DNA from: Mytilus trossulus | Lineage: Eukaryota | DNA: 64,000 nt | Direction of reading: 5' to 3' | Assembly: GCF_036588685.1 (NCBI RefSeq) | Contig: NC_086373.1 | Span: 17,856,001 to 17,920,000 of the forward strand | In this document: positions 1 to 12,049 of the stretch, in pieces | Layout: each line of letters opens with the position of its first letter | How positions within the stretch are numbered: the stretch's first letter is position 1 | The notes under the pieces: model-generated | Database searches by the model: none | Told to the model about the DNA's origin: nothing | Seen by the model: the letters and a program-made list of their open reading frames with translations, nothing else | Program-made: the position numbers and the translations under genes

Positions 1-3000
1 TTCCAAGATGGCCTTATGTTTCTGTCCATTTCAACAAAATGAAATCCAGTAGTTAACATTTTCTGTTGCTTTTATTGTCAAACTACAATTTGTCTCAATA
101 TTATATTGAAAGATCATTGATGTATTCCTATAAAAAAAAGTCACAGAGGTTCTTTCCTATAGTGAATATATAATACCATCTTGGGTACCAGGACAAGGTA
201 ACAGAGTGTATACCTCATGGCTACAGTATTTTTCGATTAAGATATTTATTTTCCAGTCATTAAATATTTTTTAAGCAAAATTATAAATTGTCAAAATGAT
301 TGATATTACATGTATTAAAGTAAAATTTAAGTTTCTTTTATTGTAGTTTTAAATGTGAAATTGACAAATGAAAAGTTTCACATGTTCATATATATATCTA
401 TTTAATTTTTGATTGTCACAATCATTCAAAATAAATTGAAATATTTAATTGATTTAACTGACTTAGAACAGTTCATCAAATGTGTTGAAAAATCATCATA
501 CTAGTATACAGTGTGTAAAGGTTGTCATATAGTTAGACAATGGGACCAGTTTGTTTTTTATTCCAATGTTTACAGTAGAAGGGACCTGTTTCATTATTTT
601 CTGTACAGATACAAAGTATCATTTAACACCTTATTTTGTGATTATTTTCTTTGTGAATGGCATATACATATTTGATTGAATTTATTTTACAAATTATTTA
701 CTTTTATAATTAACAGATTTATCACTTTCATGAAAAACACTTTGTTGTGGCATTACAAGAAATTGTGTTGTATTTTAATGAACCATGTACTAACTTATGA
801 AAAAAAATCTTGTTAAAATATTTGTACATTTGTTTAAAACTTTACGAATGAATAGATATGGTCAAAATATCCTTCAGTATAACCTTTCATTCTTTGTTTA
901 CATCAAATTATTATTTTAAAAAGACATGAAACCAAGCCATACCTAATCTTTACTAACAGTGCTATTAAAATGACAATTTTTGTAAAAGGCATAATAGCCA
1001 GAGAATTATTTAAGTTAGGTGTTTACATAAAACATAAAAGTATTAAACAAAAAATGAATTTATTCACAATTATTTACTTATTAGTTAGCTAGATAATATA
1101 TTTTTCTTCTTAAAGACAGAGATATTAGAATCAGAGGTGCTTTATTATGTTAGTTTTCTGCATTATCAATCATGTTTTATAAGAATTGTGACGCATATTT
1201 TGTGAAGTTATTGTTTTGATTGTTTCAATGTTTAAATATCTCTATGAGAGGGAAAGGAAATCCATTTTATCATCTGTTTTATAATACTTTGTTGATATTA
1301 GATGTGTATTTCATGTAGTTATGTATTCAATATATGGTGCTGTTGAAGCTTATTGTTGTTGCAGTGAGGATTGGAAGTTTCTTCCTCTTTTTTTAGAAAA
1401 AGGGGGTGGGAATGGGGAATGGGGACACTTACAAATTGGTAAATGGCATTAAGTTCTATGCTTGTTTTTCAACTTGTGACCGAATATCTTTAATGGTTTC
1501 TTCATTTAAATTCAAGCACATATTTCAAGGTAATATAGAATCTTTAAAATGGGCTTGTTGTGGACTCTGCTAAAATGTTCAGTATATTTTTGTCAAATTT
1601 TCTTTTAAAAGCCAAAAACAAAAACTGCATGTTTGTAAATAGAAGCTCGTTTTCACATTTAGTAAATATTTTTGTTTCAAACTTTTGTTTCATACTTTTA
1701 GTTATTAACAAAGTTCTAAGTTAACATGGCTTGCTTACATGCATAGTTGACCAGTTTATTTTTATTTTTTCAGGTCTTTTAGTCATTATTTTGTTGGATA
1801 TTTTTTAACTTGTTATTTAACTTGTTAAAACACCAATAGGTTGTGAGTTCAAAATGTTTTCCTTTTACATAGTTTATTGTTTTTTGTTTATGCATAATTT
1901 TGGGGTAATGGTTGTGTGTAATATTTTTTTTCTTTCTCACTTTATTAAAGCAATCAAATTTTGTATTTTACACGATTAAAAGAACTTTATACTTTTTTTT
2001 TTTGTAAACGATTGATATTGTACTAATAAGATAAGCTTCTGTTTAGGTATATAATTATGTTAACAATATAGAAGTTTGTTTATTTTGTGTCAGTCTTTCT
2101 GTATTTGAGTTGTTATGGCTATATTGTATCAGTTTTGTGAATGCTCAAAATCTTTTTGTTCTAGATCTGACAATCTGTAGAGATTTAAAACTTACCTTTA
2201 TGTATGTTGTTATAAATAGTGTCATTGAAGATGAAGATCTGCCATAATTCTGTTATTTGTTTCAGAATCTTATGTATACTGGGTAATATTTTCAAATGAT
2301 TATACAAAATGTTTGATCTGCCAATTAAGCCCAATTCAATTTGGTGAACAATCAAATTGCCCTTTGTCCTTTGAAATACTGAAATGGCTAAGGTAAGCAT
2401 AATTCAATCTTCTTTTAACTACTTGATCAATATCATCGCTATAAATGGCTTTTTTTTTTAGGGTAAAATCAAAAGAGGTTGCAATATATTTTTCTCTTCT
2501 TTATTCTCTTTTTTTATATTTTTTTGTGTTAGAATCTGTCATATTAAAACTTGTTACTGTGACTTGACTACACCCATTGTAGTTCATTCAAAATTCTGAC
2601 CCAATTGCAATTTTCCCTTTCATAATGTGCATCATAATCATAAGCATCATGTACAACATTTAATGATGTTTCAATCAAGCAAGGAATCTGAAAATATTTC
2701 TCTTTTCCTTTTCATATTGCATGAATGCCTGAATAAAATTTCTTGTACGCAAATAATATGGCAACATGTATAATTCTGACTTGGTCTATTTGAACTATTG
2801 TAAAATATTTACACCTATAATTAACCAGGGTAGAGTTTCAATCAGTGTAAGCTTTTTCATCACCCATACTCAGTTAATCAGTGCAATATAATTAGAATCT
2901 CTATTACACATGTAATACACATTGTTTATCTTATCACACATGTAGGTTGTGTGTTACACATGTAGATTATGTATTACAGATGTAGGTTAACTTAGCATTC

Positions 3001-3100
3001 CACCTTTACATTCCTTTTTTGTTATTTTTGGTCTTTGTTTACTAATTTAAAAAGCTAATATATATAATATGTCAATAAAGTTTCTTTTATTATCAACTTT
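1..3100 (+). other. Possible long 3' UTR of a + strand gene lying upstream of the window
   Basis: T-rich, repeat-poor, no credible ORF. AATAAA at 3074-3079 is followed by a T/GT-rich tract. Inferred from composition only. Confidence 0.3.
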
Positions 3101-3618
3101 GTTACATTATTGTTCTCTTGTTATTGCTCCACATACCTCCCATTCTCAGTGCCTTAAAAATACATTTGTTGCATTGGTTGCAATGAATTACTGTGATTCC
3201 CAGTGAAATAAAAACCTGCAATCCTCTGATGTAAAAACAAATGTATATTCTCACGACATTGTTGATTAAGTTGCATCAAAACAAATGGAGATTGGGTAGA
3301 AGACTTAGTTCTTTGCATTCCCTACATAAATTCCCAAAAAAGGTCAATGTAATAAAAAGTATAACTAATCCAAAAATTTAAATATCAAAAGACTGACAAC
3401 ACTGATAATTAACTCGTGCACCATGCTTGTTATTGTACTGTGTCTTGTTGAATATTTGCTATATTTGCAATTTTAGATTAATTGTTCTATAGATTAGCAC
3501 ACATTTGTAATCGGAATATGTTGTTATAGATAGAATGATCTATAGATAAACACAATAAGGGAAGATAAATCATCAGTTTTCTTCAGATTTATTTCTTGTT
3601 GATTATCTCTGCCTAATT

Positions 3619-3684
3619 GCGTTGTCAGTTTATTTTCAATCTATGAGTTTGACTGTCCATCTAGTATCTTTCGCCCGTCTTTTA
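3619..3684 (+). repeat. Solo copy of the 3' terminus of the Naiad-like retroelement
   Basis: gcgttgtcagtttattttcaatctatgagtttgactgtcc...tctttcgccc matches 56619-56680. A reverse copy sits at ~29241-29284. Confidence 0.7.
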
Positions 3685-5247
3685 AATCTGACATTTTTCT
3701 TCTAATCATAAGAACATATGAAGGATAACCAAAGATTAGTTCAGTTTATAGAGGTATTATAAACTTCATTCAGGGTCAAGAACAAGTGCAGCATCAATCT
3801 CAATTTTTTTTATGCAACTTTTTTGAATCAGTATATTGGTGATCTTTAGAAGGAAACTTCATTCAAAAGTGAAAAAACTAAATATTGATTGGTATTATTG
3901 ACATTGATATAACTTCAGTAGTTAGACATACAAAATATAAATATTAAAATGTTGAATCAGTACAGGTTAAAATGTGACTGAGTGAGTAAGTCTGATTGCA
4001 TTGACTTTCCTGTCTGTAAAGGACAATGAGTAGAAGCTTACGTTCAACTTGTTAAACCTGGCTGTAAGTACGAACACTTCATTTAATGTCAGTACAAGTG
4101 AAACATTTATAGTCAAAGGGGTAGATGGGTATATATTTCTCAATTTTGGCAACATGAGTAAGATGATTTAGTGGACTTCAAAAATCCCTTCATTTCTAGA
4201 ATGGTGAAGAAAGGACCAAACCTGTTTTGCATTGGAAATGTCTTTTTGATTTAGAATTAAATGCAACTTTTGTGTTGGGGAGTGGTAATTCTACATTTTA
4301 GATAAATTTCAACAAAATATGATATGAGCAGAGCAGACATAAACCCTTCAAAACACCAATAGTGTACTGAAAAGTTTGTCATGACAATTAAGAATATATT
4401 TGGTTCAGCAATGAGATCTTTAAGCTTGACAGGTTATTCAATATTCATGACATGAAACCTAGGGAAAGGCTTTGCTTTAATGGTTTTGGGGTTTGTTTCT
4501 GAAAACAATTTACAACATAAAGAGAAACAGTTAGAGGATGATATTCTGAGTGCATTGAAAATCTTTTGGCAATTATGATGTATACGGATGAGAGGGTTGG
4601 ACATCTGATCGCATTCAGTATATTAAACACTTTATGGTGCACAAGCTCCTGTCATGCCAATTAATAGTAATAAAGGGGTAATTATGGCATGGGATCCAAA
4701 TAATTTTAGATATTTAACAATCTAGGAGACATGATCTGTCCTGGGATACAATCTATAGCGCACTAAAAAGACCAATTGTAATAAAGAATATAATAAGTGT
4801 GTCCTCAAAGAACAAACACTGAAATGCACCACAAAAGCAAAGAAAAAACACCTTGTTTGGGTTGGACATTAAAAATTGCCCAAAACATACACATTCAATA
4901 ATCCTAAGGTTCTTGTACAAACTAGCTTGAAATTATTGTCTGTATTAAAGGATGAATAAGTAAGACTTAAAGTTACGAGCTGCATACAGGCCTAGGGTCT
5001 CTAAAAACACCGCGTGGATTTTTTTTTTAATTTGACCTTGGCATCAAAAGTCAAGGTCACATTCATGCGAGGATATGCCGATTGAACGCACTGTTTTATC
5101 TCGTCTGCGCCAAAAGTTGCAAAATATGAGATCTATTTCAGACTACAATTGCATGTCTTCTCGAGCCTCGAAAGTTGAGGCTTTTCATAAAAAATACTTT
5201 CCGAAAATCAAATAAATGCTTAAATAAAGAAATTGCACACTTAACAG

Positions 5248-5344
5248 GGTTGAGTTCAATATCGTAGCTGCTATCAATATAAATGTAGCAACTACACGTT
5301 CAATAGTCAAAATCTACGTAGCTGCCACGATATTGAACTCAACC
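5248..5344. mobile_element. 97-bp MITE, PIF/Harbinger-like
   Basis: TIR ggttgagttcaatatcgt / acgatattgaactcaacc, flanked by CAG at 5245-47 and 5345-47. A 3-bp CWG TSD is typical of Harbinger. Confidence 0.75.
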
Positions 5345-5764
5345 CAGAAGACCTATACGCGATATAGAATGTCATGGTTTTCTCGCGGTTATTGATGTGT
5401 GAACGGTGCCGATTTAATCACACAAACTAGAAAAAACAAAGATCTCCACCTTTCGCCGGGTAAAGTTTTTTTTCAATTTCAAGCTGTTTTGTTTTTAGTC
5501 GGATTTCCGAGAAAAAATATCGGTTATTGATTTTGTAGTGTACATGGTGGGCGGCTGCCTTGCAGTATACGTACATTCAGGGGGAATCGGTTAGAATTTT
5601 TTTTTATAATACAATAACTTCAGAATGGAGTAAAATTGGCATCACTTTGTCAAGTTTTACTTGATCCTGTTTGAGGTATCCAGATTTGCAAATATTATTT
5701 TCATGCAGGAAAACTGAGCCGGTTTGCTATCAGTCTGCCTTACTGTTTTTACAGCAAATACCAG

Positions 5765-5903
5765 GGTCGTGTTCAATATCGTATCATCTACGTAGCTGCT
5801 ATCAATATATAAGTTACAGCTAGGCTAAAAAGCCGCTAAATACACGTTCAACAGTCATAAATCTACGTAGCAATACGAAGCCGCTACGATATTGAACGCA
5901 ACC
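5765..5903. mobile_element. 139-bp MITE, same family as 5248-5344
   Basis: TIR ggtcgtgttcaatatcgta / tacgatattgaacgcaacc, CAG flanks at 5762-64 and 5904-06, shared internal aatctacgtagc. Confidence 0.75.
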
Positions 5904-6001
5904 CAGGAGAAAAAAATCTTAGCCCAAACAAAATCATGATTGTTCTTTGTTTTCTTTCAATTTCAACTGTCTCAGACTGTATTCAAGGATTCCATTCATA
6001 G

Positions 6002-6138
6002 CACGGTATTGCACTTGAAGATATCAAAGTAATATCGACATGGGCACATGATGGAGGGTACGAGTATTACAATATAGTACCTGCAAACCAGACAAAAAGT
6101 CTACCAGACCAAGTAACATTCAAGAATATTCAAACCAC
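6002..6138 (+). other. Candidate orphan exon
   Basis: ttccattcatAG acceptor and GTAAGA donor. One open frame: HGIALEDIKVISTWAHDGGYEYYNIVPANQTKSLPDQVTFKNIQT. No family recognised. Confidence 0.25.
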
Positions 6139-6718
6139 GTAAGAATTTCACCAGCTTGTGACGAAACTTCTCTGTTGAGTTGGTCCAGAGTGTGTTTTAT
6201 ATGGATGTTTTTTCTACAAATGAACAACTCAATTATATATATATCTATCAGAGGCATTATTATAAGATTTTTTTTCTGAATGCATGTACATTATAAATGT
6301 GCATAAATAATGTGACTAACAAAATACTGTTTCTTTCACGGACAAAAACTGCACAATATCACCAGATTTTCTAAGACTTTCAAAAATTAAGCTGTATGTT
6401 TTCTCACTTGATTGATTTCTCATTTTGCTGTTGATAACCGACTATATTGTGTGAGAGTAATTCCTCGTTACCGCCGTACGGTGACTCATAGTTGGTTTTT
6501 TCCCTACTCATTTTGACTCTGGTTGATAATTATCTCATTAAAATCAAATCACATATCCTTGCTTGTTTAATTTTTTTTTCAAATCCCTGTCAATTCCAAA
6601 CTTACAAAACGGAGGCTATCATCTAACTAAAAACAGATCAGTTAAACGAATGCATGTGTATATGTTAGATGTTTATTGAGAAATTTGGTTTGATTGAAAT
6701 CGTACTGCCTCTTCATAG

Positions 6719-6852
6719 CTTGGTGGACATTCTGTAAAGTTTTTGGTCTGGTTATACAGTTTCTTATTCATTGTGTTGGATGCCCCATTTGTTGTCCTCT
6801 TATTGCGGGTAAAATGCACACCTGGAGATGGTACTATACCAGAACAACCAAT
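6719..6852 (+). other. Candidate orphan exon
   Basis: cctcttcatAG acceptor and GTGAGT donor. Two open frames (one hydrophobic, one Cys-rich); neither joins 6002-6138 in phase. Confidence 0.2.
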
Positions 6853-7010
6853 GTGAGTGCATGGTATTGCAGTTCCTAGGAAATTTATAAAAAAAGCATA
6901 CAGTTACATTTTACTGAGATACACATACGAAGTAAACATAATTCTTTGATTAAGATTACATTTTTTTTTCAATCTAGCAGAGACATATAATTGAATTTTT
7001 CCCCAGTTTT

Positions 7011-7480
7011 AGACTTATACACCGAACTTGACATACGCAGTCATCTCAGTACCAGCATCTATGACAAACGGGACGCAATAAAATTTGAAACTATCTATTT
7101 TCACCCGCCATAGTAGCAATATACCACCTTAACCAACATAAGTATGGGCATTGCTCATTGTTGAAGGCCGTACGGTGACCTATAGTTGTTAATGTGTTTG
7201 TCATTTTGGTCTTTTGTGTGTAGTTGTCTCATTGGCAATCATACCACATCTTCTTTTTTATATAAGGGATACATTCCACAACTCATTCGGTATTCAAGAG
7301 CTGACAACAGTTACTGTAACCCTGATTTTATAAAACGTCACCGGTATCTAATTAAAAAGTTGATGAACCAAGGTTATGTCAAAGAACATTCTCGTCCTCT
7401 TTCTGAAAAAAGTTCATCGGAAGATACCAAAACCTTGTTGATAAATATTCCGTGCCAACTTAAAAAAAAATACATGATGA
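7011..7480 (+). mobile_element. Decayed Penelope-like (Naiad-type) RT C-terminal fragment, interrupted by a 7141-7263 insertion
   Basis: IYDKRD at 7057-7074 and YIPQLIRYSRA...DFIKRHRYLIKKLMNQGY after the insert match the RT C-terminus at 56030-56220. Confidence 0.75.
7141..7263 (+). repeat. Abundant interspersed repeat, family A (3' part)
   Basis: gctcattgttgaaggccgtacggtgacctatagttg...ttggcaatcataccacatcttctttttta recurs many times in the window. Confidence 0.85.
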
Positions 7481-7537
7481 TATTGAAGTACAAACTCTGG
7501 GTAGTTTGGGTACTGACGTTGTTTATCATCTCATTAA

Positions 7538-8340
7538 GGTCAAGGAACAGTAAATGGGCTATGTCACAGATTTCATTAGAATTTGGCATACAACTCTGGC
7601 TCGATGAACTTCAACTGAAAATCGAAAACATAGTGCATTTATCTCAATTATCATTTGAAATATTACTGATTGAATTCTTACAAAATGGGTGAACATTTGT
7701 ATAGAAAGCACATAAAATCGACGAAAACCCTTTTAAAATTTGTCTTAAAATCGCCAAATCTGTAATTCTACTCCATAGATTTTTCTTAAAAAACTATATG
7801 TTGTTGATACATAAATTTCCGTTATAATGATGCAAAATAAAGTTAGGGTCACCGACTTCGTTCTTACGGTATACATCATTTAAAGTTGCGTTCTATGTGG
7901 AAAAATCAAACAAAACGTCGAAATAATCGTAACGTTATCGCGTTGCAGGCCGTAAAACGTTGATTTTTGACGTTTTTTACTACAAACAAGGTTACAAATT
8001 GAGTATTAGACAAAAAACGAAGTCGGTGACCCTATGATTATTTTATATCATTAAAACAGAAATTTATATGTCAAGAATATATAGTTTTTTAAGAAAAATC
8101 TATGGAGTAGAATTCGAGATTTGGCGTTTTCAAGACAAATTTTAGAAGGTTTTTCGCCGATTTTATGTGCTTTCTATACAAATGTTCACCCATTTTGTAA
8201 CATTTCAATCAGTAATATTTCAAATGATAATTGAGATAAATGCATTATTTTTTCGATTTTCAGTTGTAGTTCAACGAGCCAAGGTTGTATGCAAATTTTT
8301 AGCAAAATCTGCGACATAGCCCATTTACTGTTCCTTGACC
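7538..8340. mobile_element. 803-bp foldback MITE, Kolobok-like
   Basis: TTAA at 7534-37 and 8341-44. Imperfect TIRs of ~320 bp starting ggtcaaggaacagtaaatgggctatgtc. TTAA TSD with RR..YY termini fits Kolobok rather than piggyBac. Confidence 0.85.
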
Positions 8341-8659
8341 TTAAACGTTATAGTGTCCTTCATTTGTCTTTGTAAATTATAAACATTTATTGTTTAGTTC
8401 ATTTTTTAGTATAATATACTTTGGGCGTGGCTCGGTTGTTATGGTACTCGCTGATGTGTTGCTCTGTGATATTTTTGGGGGGATTTTTGTCTTTTATTTT
8501 AGCTTAAGTGCTTTGTCTAGATGCCGTTTTGTTATATATAAATGTTTGTTGACATATTAGTTGTTTTAACAGTAACAAAGATTTAACACAGTCAGTGCTG
8601 AATGTTACCTATTCTGTCAGATTGTTTTATAAAATTTGTTTCCAAATTGTTGTCAACAT

Positions 8660-8812
8660 AATGGAAATTTGTGCGACTGTCATACAAGTGATATGTGTCG
8701 TCAGCTATAAAACCAGATTCAATCAACCATTTTCTACATCCCGAAATGTTTGATGTTTGATTTTGTCGTTTGCTAAGAGACTTTCGGATTTGATTTCGGT
8801 ATTTTTTTTACT
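8660..8812 (+). repeat. Interspersed repeat, family B (degenerate)
   Basis: gcgactgtcatacaagtga...gctataaaaccag...ttttctacat is shared with 35715-35937. Confidence 0.65.
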
Positions 8813-9009
8813 TCTTGAACGTATGGGTTTTTAATACGACAAAAAAGACGCGCATAAATCCAAGTTGAACTGAATGCGTTTTTGATAGAAAATTTTAGCC
8901 AAAAAATTTATGCGAAATACAACGAAACATGTGAATCTTGAATTAAAATACATGAAAAAACATGATTCAAAAATAAAACGATAGAAGTAAGTTTATGTAC
9001 TTATATTTA

Positions 9010-9306
9010 TTATAGCAACTTACCACATTCTCTTCTTGAAACCAAATCGGCATTCTGTGAAGTGAAACCTTTTTTATCCCCACACCAAATCAATATACAT
9101 CTTTTCCAAGCCCAGACAGCGAACAAAAGAAACACAATCGTTGAACACATTGAAAAAATTGCCAAATTTAGCTGTAAACTTTCATTACAACAATATTCTT
9201 CCGGTTTCTGTCCACAACATCCACCTCTACAGGGAAAGATATTTGGAACTTTGAAAGCATTTTCACAGTTTTCAGGTTCTATTCTGTATTCTGGTTCCAT
9301 GTTCAT
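9010..9306 (-). CDS. Small Cys-rich single-pass membrane protein (Shisa/WBP1/VOPP1-like architecture)
   Basis: 98 aa with a C..C-x3-CC-x7-CC ectodomain, a hydrophobic helix (LAIFSMCSTIVFLLFAVWAW), a basic stop-transfer (KR) and juxtamembrane Cys. No signal peptide. The frame stays open upstream through a TTTCAG acceptor (~9326), so this could be a terminal exon. Confidence 0.6.
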   Translation of the reverse strand: MNMEPEYRIEPENCENAFKVPNIFPCRGGCCGQKPEEYCCNESLQLNLAIFSMCSTIVFLLFAVWAWKRCILIWCGDKKGFTSQNADLVSRRECGKLL

Positions 9307-9633
9307 GTGTTGTGCAAATTGTTTACTGAAAACGTTAACGTCATAAACGTTCCAAGGTACATCGAATTAAGCAGAAACGTGACTTCCCGCTAAAAGTATT
9401 CAACAAAACATTTCAATTCCCCAAAATATTTTTTGATGATTTTTTATATGTATTTTTTTAACCGTGATTAGATTATAAATACTAACGATAAAAAAATAAA
9501 TATTAGATATCTAACTTTAAGCGTCATATAAAATAGAGAAAAAAAGTCACGTGGTTGGTTACCAAAATTGCTCATTCAGTTTCAAGAGCCAAATTATGGT
9601 GATTGGCAAGTAATGTAAAACGTTTATGCAAAC
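9307..9633. promoter_or_regulatory. Putative bidirectional promoter
   Basis: 327 bp between divergent ATGs. Contains an inverted pair of AAGTCACGT motifs (~9377-9385 and ~9544-9552, the latter a full CACGTG E-box), TTCCCGC at ~9384 and an ATTGG box at 9602. Confidence 0.4.
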
Positions 9634-9768
9634 ATGGAAGACGAGAACACTTCACCAAAAGAAAGCACGAGCAAAACTAACAATGATGGGGACACTAAGG
9701 CATTAGAGGAGGCTGAAACTCAAGCATTGGTCGAATCCAAAAAGGAGAAAGAAAAAAGCTGCTGTTCA
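9634..9768 (+). CDS. Cysteine-string small protein, exon 1 of 3
   Basis: aaacATGg start, MEDENTSPKESTSKTNNDGDTKALEEAETQALVESKKEKEKSCCS, GTAAGA donor, phase 0. Confidence 0.75.
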
Positions 9769-10257
9769 GTAAGATTTAAAAGCAAAAAATAGCCTACATC
9801 GAAAAGCTTATCCTTTGTGTTGCTTTTTACAAATATAACTAACCAAATGTTGCCATTTTGAGGGTGATATTATAAATGTGTATAATAATCGTTAGATAAG
9901 ATAATGCAATGAAATAACCTTTTAATTATGATATTGTGAAATGGTTGTGTCTAAATGTTAAAACTATCTTGTATTTACGATTGTATTCTGATGTGTCTTT
10001 ATAAAATACAAGTAAACATAAATCATACATTATTGTACCTCATACTATATGTTTTAATCATTTTATTGAGCTTCCTCTTCCATTTATAGACAGGAGAACC
10101 GGAGACAGGCTTCAACTGGCTCTTTGGCAATAATATATATACTATACTAGTTCATCAAAATTGACGACACACTAAACCTCAGAACATATAAATGCGCCAA
10201 AATTTAGAAACATTCACAATGTACGGCTACCTCGCGATTGTTAATTTATATTTATAG

Positions 10258-10372
10258 TTTCGAAGGTGTTTTGCTGCAATCTGCTGTTGTTGTATGACGA
10301 AGAAAGGAAAGAAAGTCGAAAACATTGGAACAGCGGATAACAAAACATCTCTTACTTCTCAAGAAGTAAACG
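10258..10372 (+). CDS. Cysteine-string small protein, exon 2 of 3
   Basis: tatttatAG acceptor, FRRCFAAICCCCMTKKGKKVENIGTADNKTSLTSQEVN, GTATGT donor, phase 1. Confidence 0.75.
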
Positions 10373-10434
10373 GTATGTTATAATGATAACAGTACAAATA
10401 TAATCACTTTGACTTCTCTCATCAGGCAAATAAA

Positions 10435-10580
10435 TTTCGGGGCCTTTTATAGCTGATTATGCGATATGAGCATTGCTCATTGTTGAAGGTCAGTGTCCTT
10501 TTGATGTTAAGTTCTGTGGCATTTGGTCTCTTGTGGAGAGTTGTCTCACTGGAATTCACACCACATCTTCTTTTTTATAT
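10435..10580 (+). repeat. Interspersed repeat, family A
   Basis: Same consensus as 7141-7263. Lies in intron 2 of the cysteine-string gene. Confidence 0.8.
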
Positions 10581-11240
10581 TGTCTTTAATTGAGTAACAT
10601 GGTCCGTATGCCTAGTGTGATGTATACACATGCTGTCGCGCGAGAATGTGGTGGTTAAATCTGACGGCACGTTACGGGAGCAATTTGTTCATTCTATATA
10701 TGGTATTTGTTAAATAAAAAAGAAACAACAAGGATTATAAATATATCGTTTGCTTCATCTTTACCACCAGTTATCAAGCGCATTAAAGATTTGTCCATCC
10801 ATCTTTCTATTCTCATTGGCTGTATCTGAATAGTGTTGTCCCAGAAACACGGGTCGTGACAAACACTTCCAATCAAATCGTTCTAGACTGCAAAGTATCG
10901 ATAATCAAAAGTATGGCCGCTTTCGAATAAAAAAAACTTTCAAAAGGCCATTATTTATTATTACTTGACATTACTGAATCAATGAGGTCTGGTTCGTATT
11001 TACACAATAGAGAATAACAACCCATTACTCAGAAATACTGATAAAAAAATAAAAATACTGAAATGAAGTACCCTCTTTCCCATCCTCGTTTATGTTCATG
11101 AATACGGTCACTGTAAAGCTCAAGCGACACACAATAATGTTTTAGCAACCATATTCAAAATTGATATGTTATTCGCGACTACAACTACAACACACATGCG
11201 CGTTTCAAGGAAATGAGTAAACAAGTTTTTTTCATTGCAG

Positions 11241-11299
11241 AATTTATTGAAGAGGAAATGAAAAAGCTGTCAGAAGAAACAATCAACCTAGAAAGTTAA
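11241..11299 (+). CDS. Cysteine-string small protein, exon 3 of 3
   Basis: ttttttcattgcAG acceptor, in-phase (E)FIEEEMKKLSEETINLES*, AATAAA at ~11487. Confidence 0.7.
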
Positions 11300-11789
11300 C
11301 AGCCATTTGGGATTTTTATTTTTAAAAATTAAATTCTTAAAACAAATTTGATTTGTGTTGTTCTACCATACTACAAAAAGTAGACACACGAACTTTGTTT
11401 AACTATATTTCCATACTTCAAAACAAATAATGTGGAACTGTAGACATTTTTACGAATGTAAATGCATAAAAATTATCACAATCCAGAATAAAAAAGATTT
11501 TCTGAAGCAAGATTGCAGCTCTGAAATGTCAAGCCTGCTTTTCTGATCATGATTTAAGTTCATGTAAAAATCGTTATGGTATAGATTCTGAAACAGGTAT
11601 CACATAAACTTAACATTGACATTGGTGCATGGAAATGAGGTCATGGTCACTTGAACCTTGACAGACAAACATGTACACCTCAAAGTCTTTTTCCATGTGC
11701 AAACCATAGCTGATCAGTTGGTTTTAGTAATCGAGAACACACCCAACCATGCAAAGCTAATGTTGAACAAATAACCATGAATTTCAGGA

Positions 11790-12040
11790 GCCTTTAATTC
11801 ATTGGTTGTCGTTTGTTTATGTGTTACTTATTTGTTTTTGTACATAAATTAGGTCTTTAGTTTTCTCGATTGAATTGTTTTACATTTGTCATTTCGGGTC
11901 TTTTATAGCTGACTAAACAGTATGGACATTACTCATTGTTGAAGGCCGTACGATGACCTATAGTTGTTACATCTGTGTAATTTGGTCTCTTGTGTAGAGC
12001 TGTTTCATTGACAATTATACCACATCTTCTTTTTTATATT
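11790..12040 (+). repeat. Interspersed repeat, family A (longer copy)
   Basis: Colinear with 28750-28980 and 32840-33110. Confidence 0.8.
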
Positions 12041-12049
12041 AAGCCGCCG

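Noticed and set aside
3960-4640. Slightly GC-richer, pseudogene-like stretch
   Set aside because: Stops in all frames and no motif I can identify.
7186-7692. 168-aa ORF as a gene
   Set aside because: Chimera of repeat A, a PLE RT fragment and a MITE TIR.
9062-9346. 94-aa + strand ORF
   Set aside because: Antisense shadow of the better-structured Cys/TM ORF, with a GTG start.
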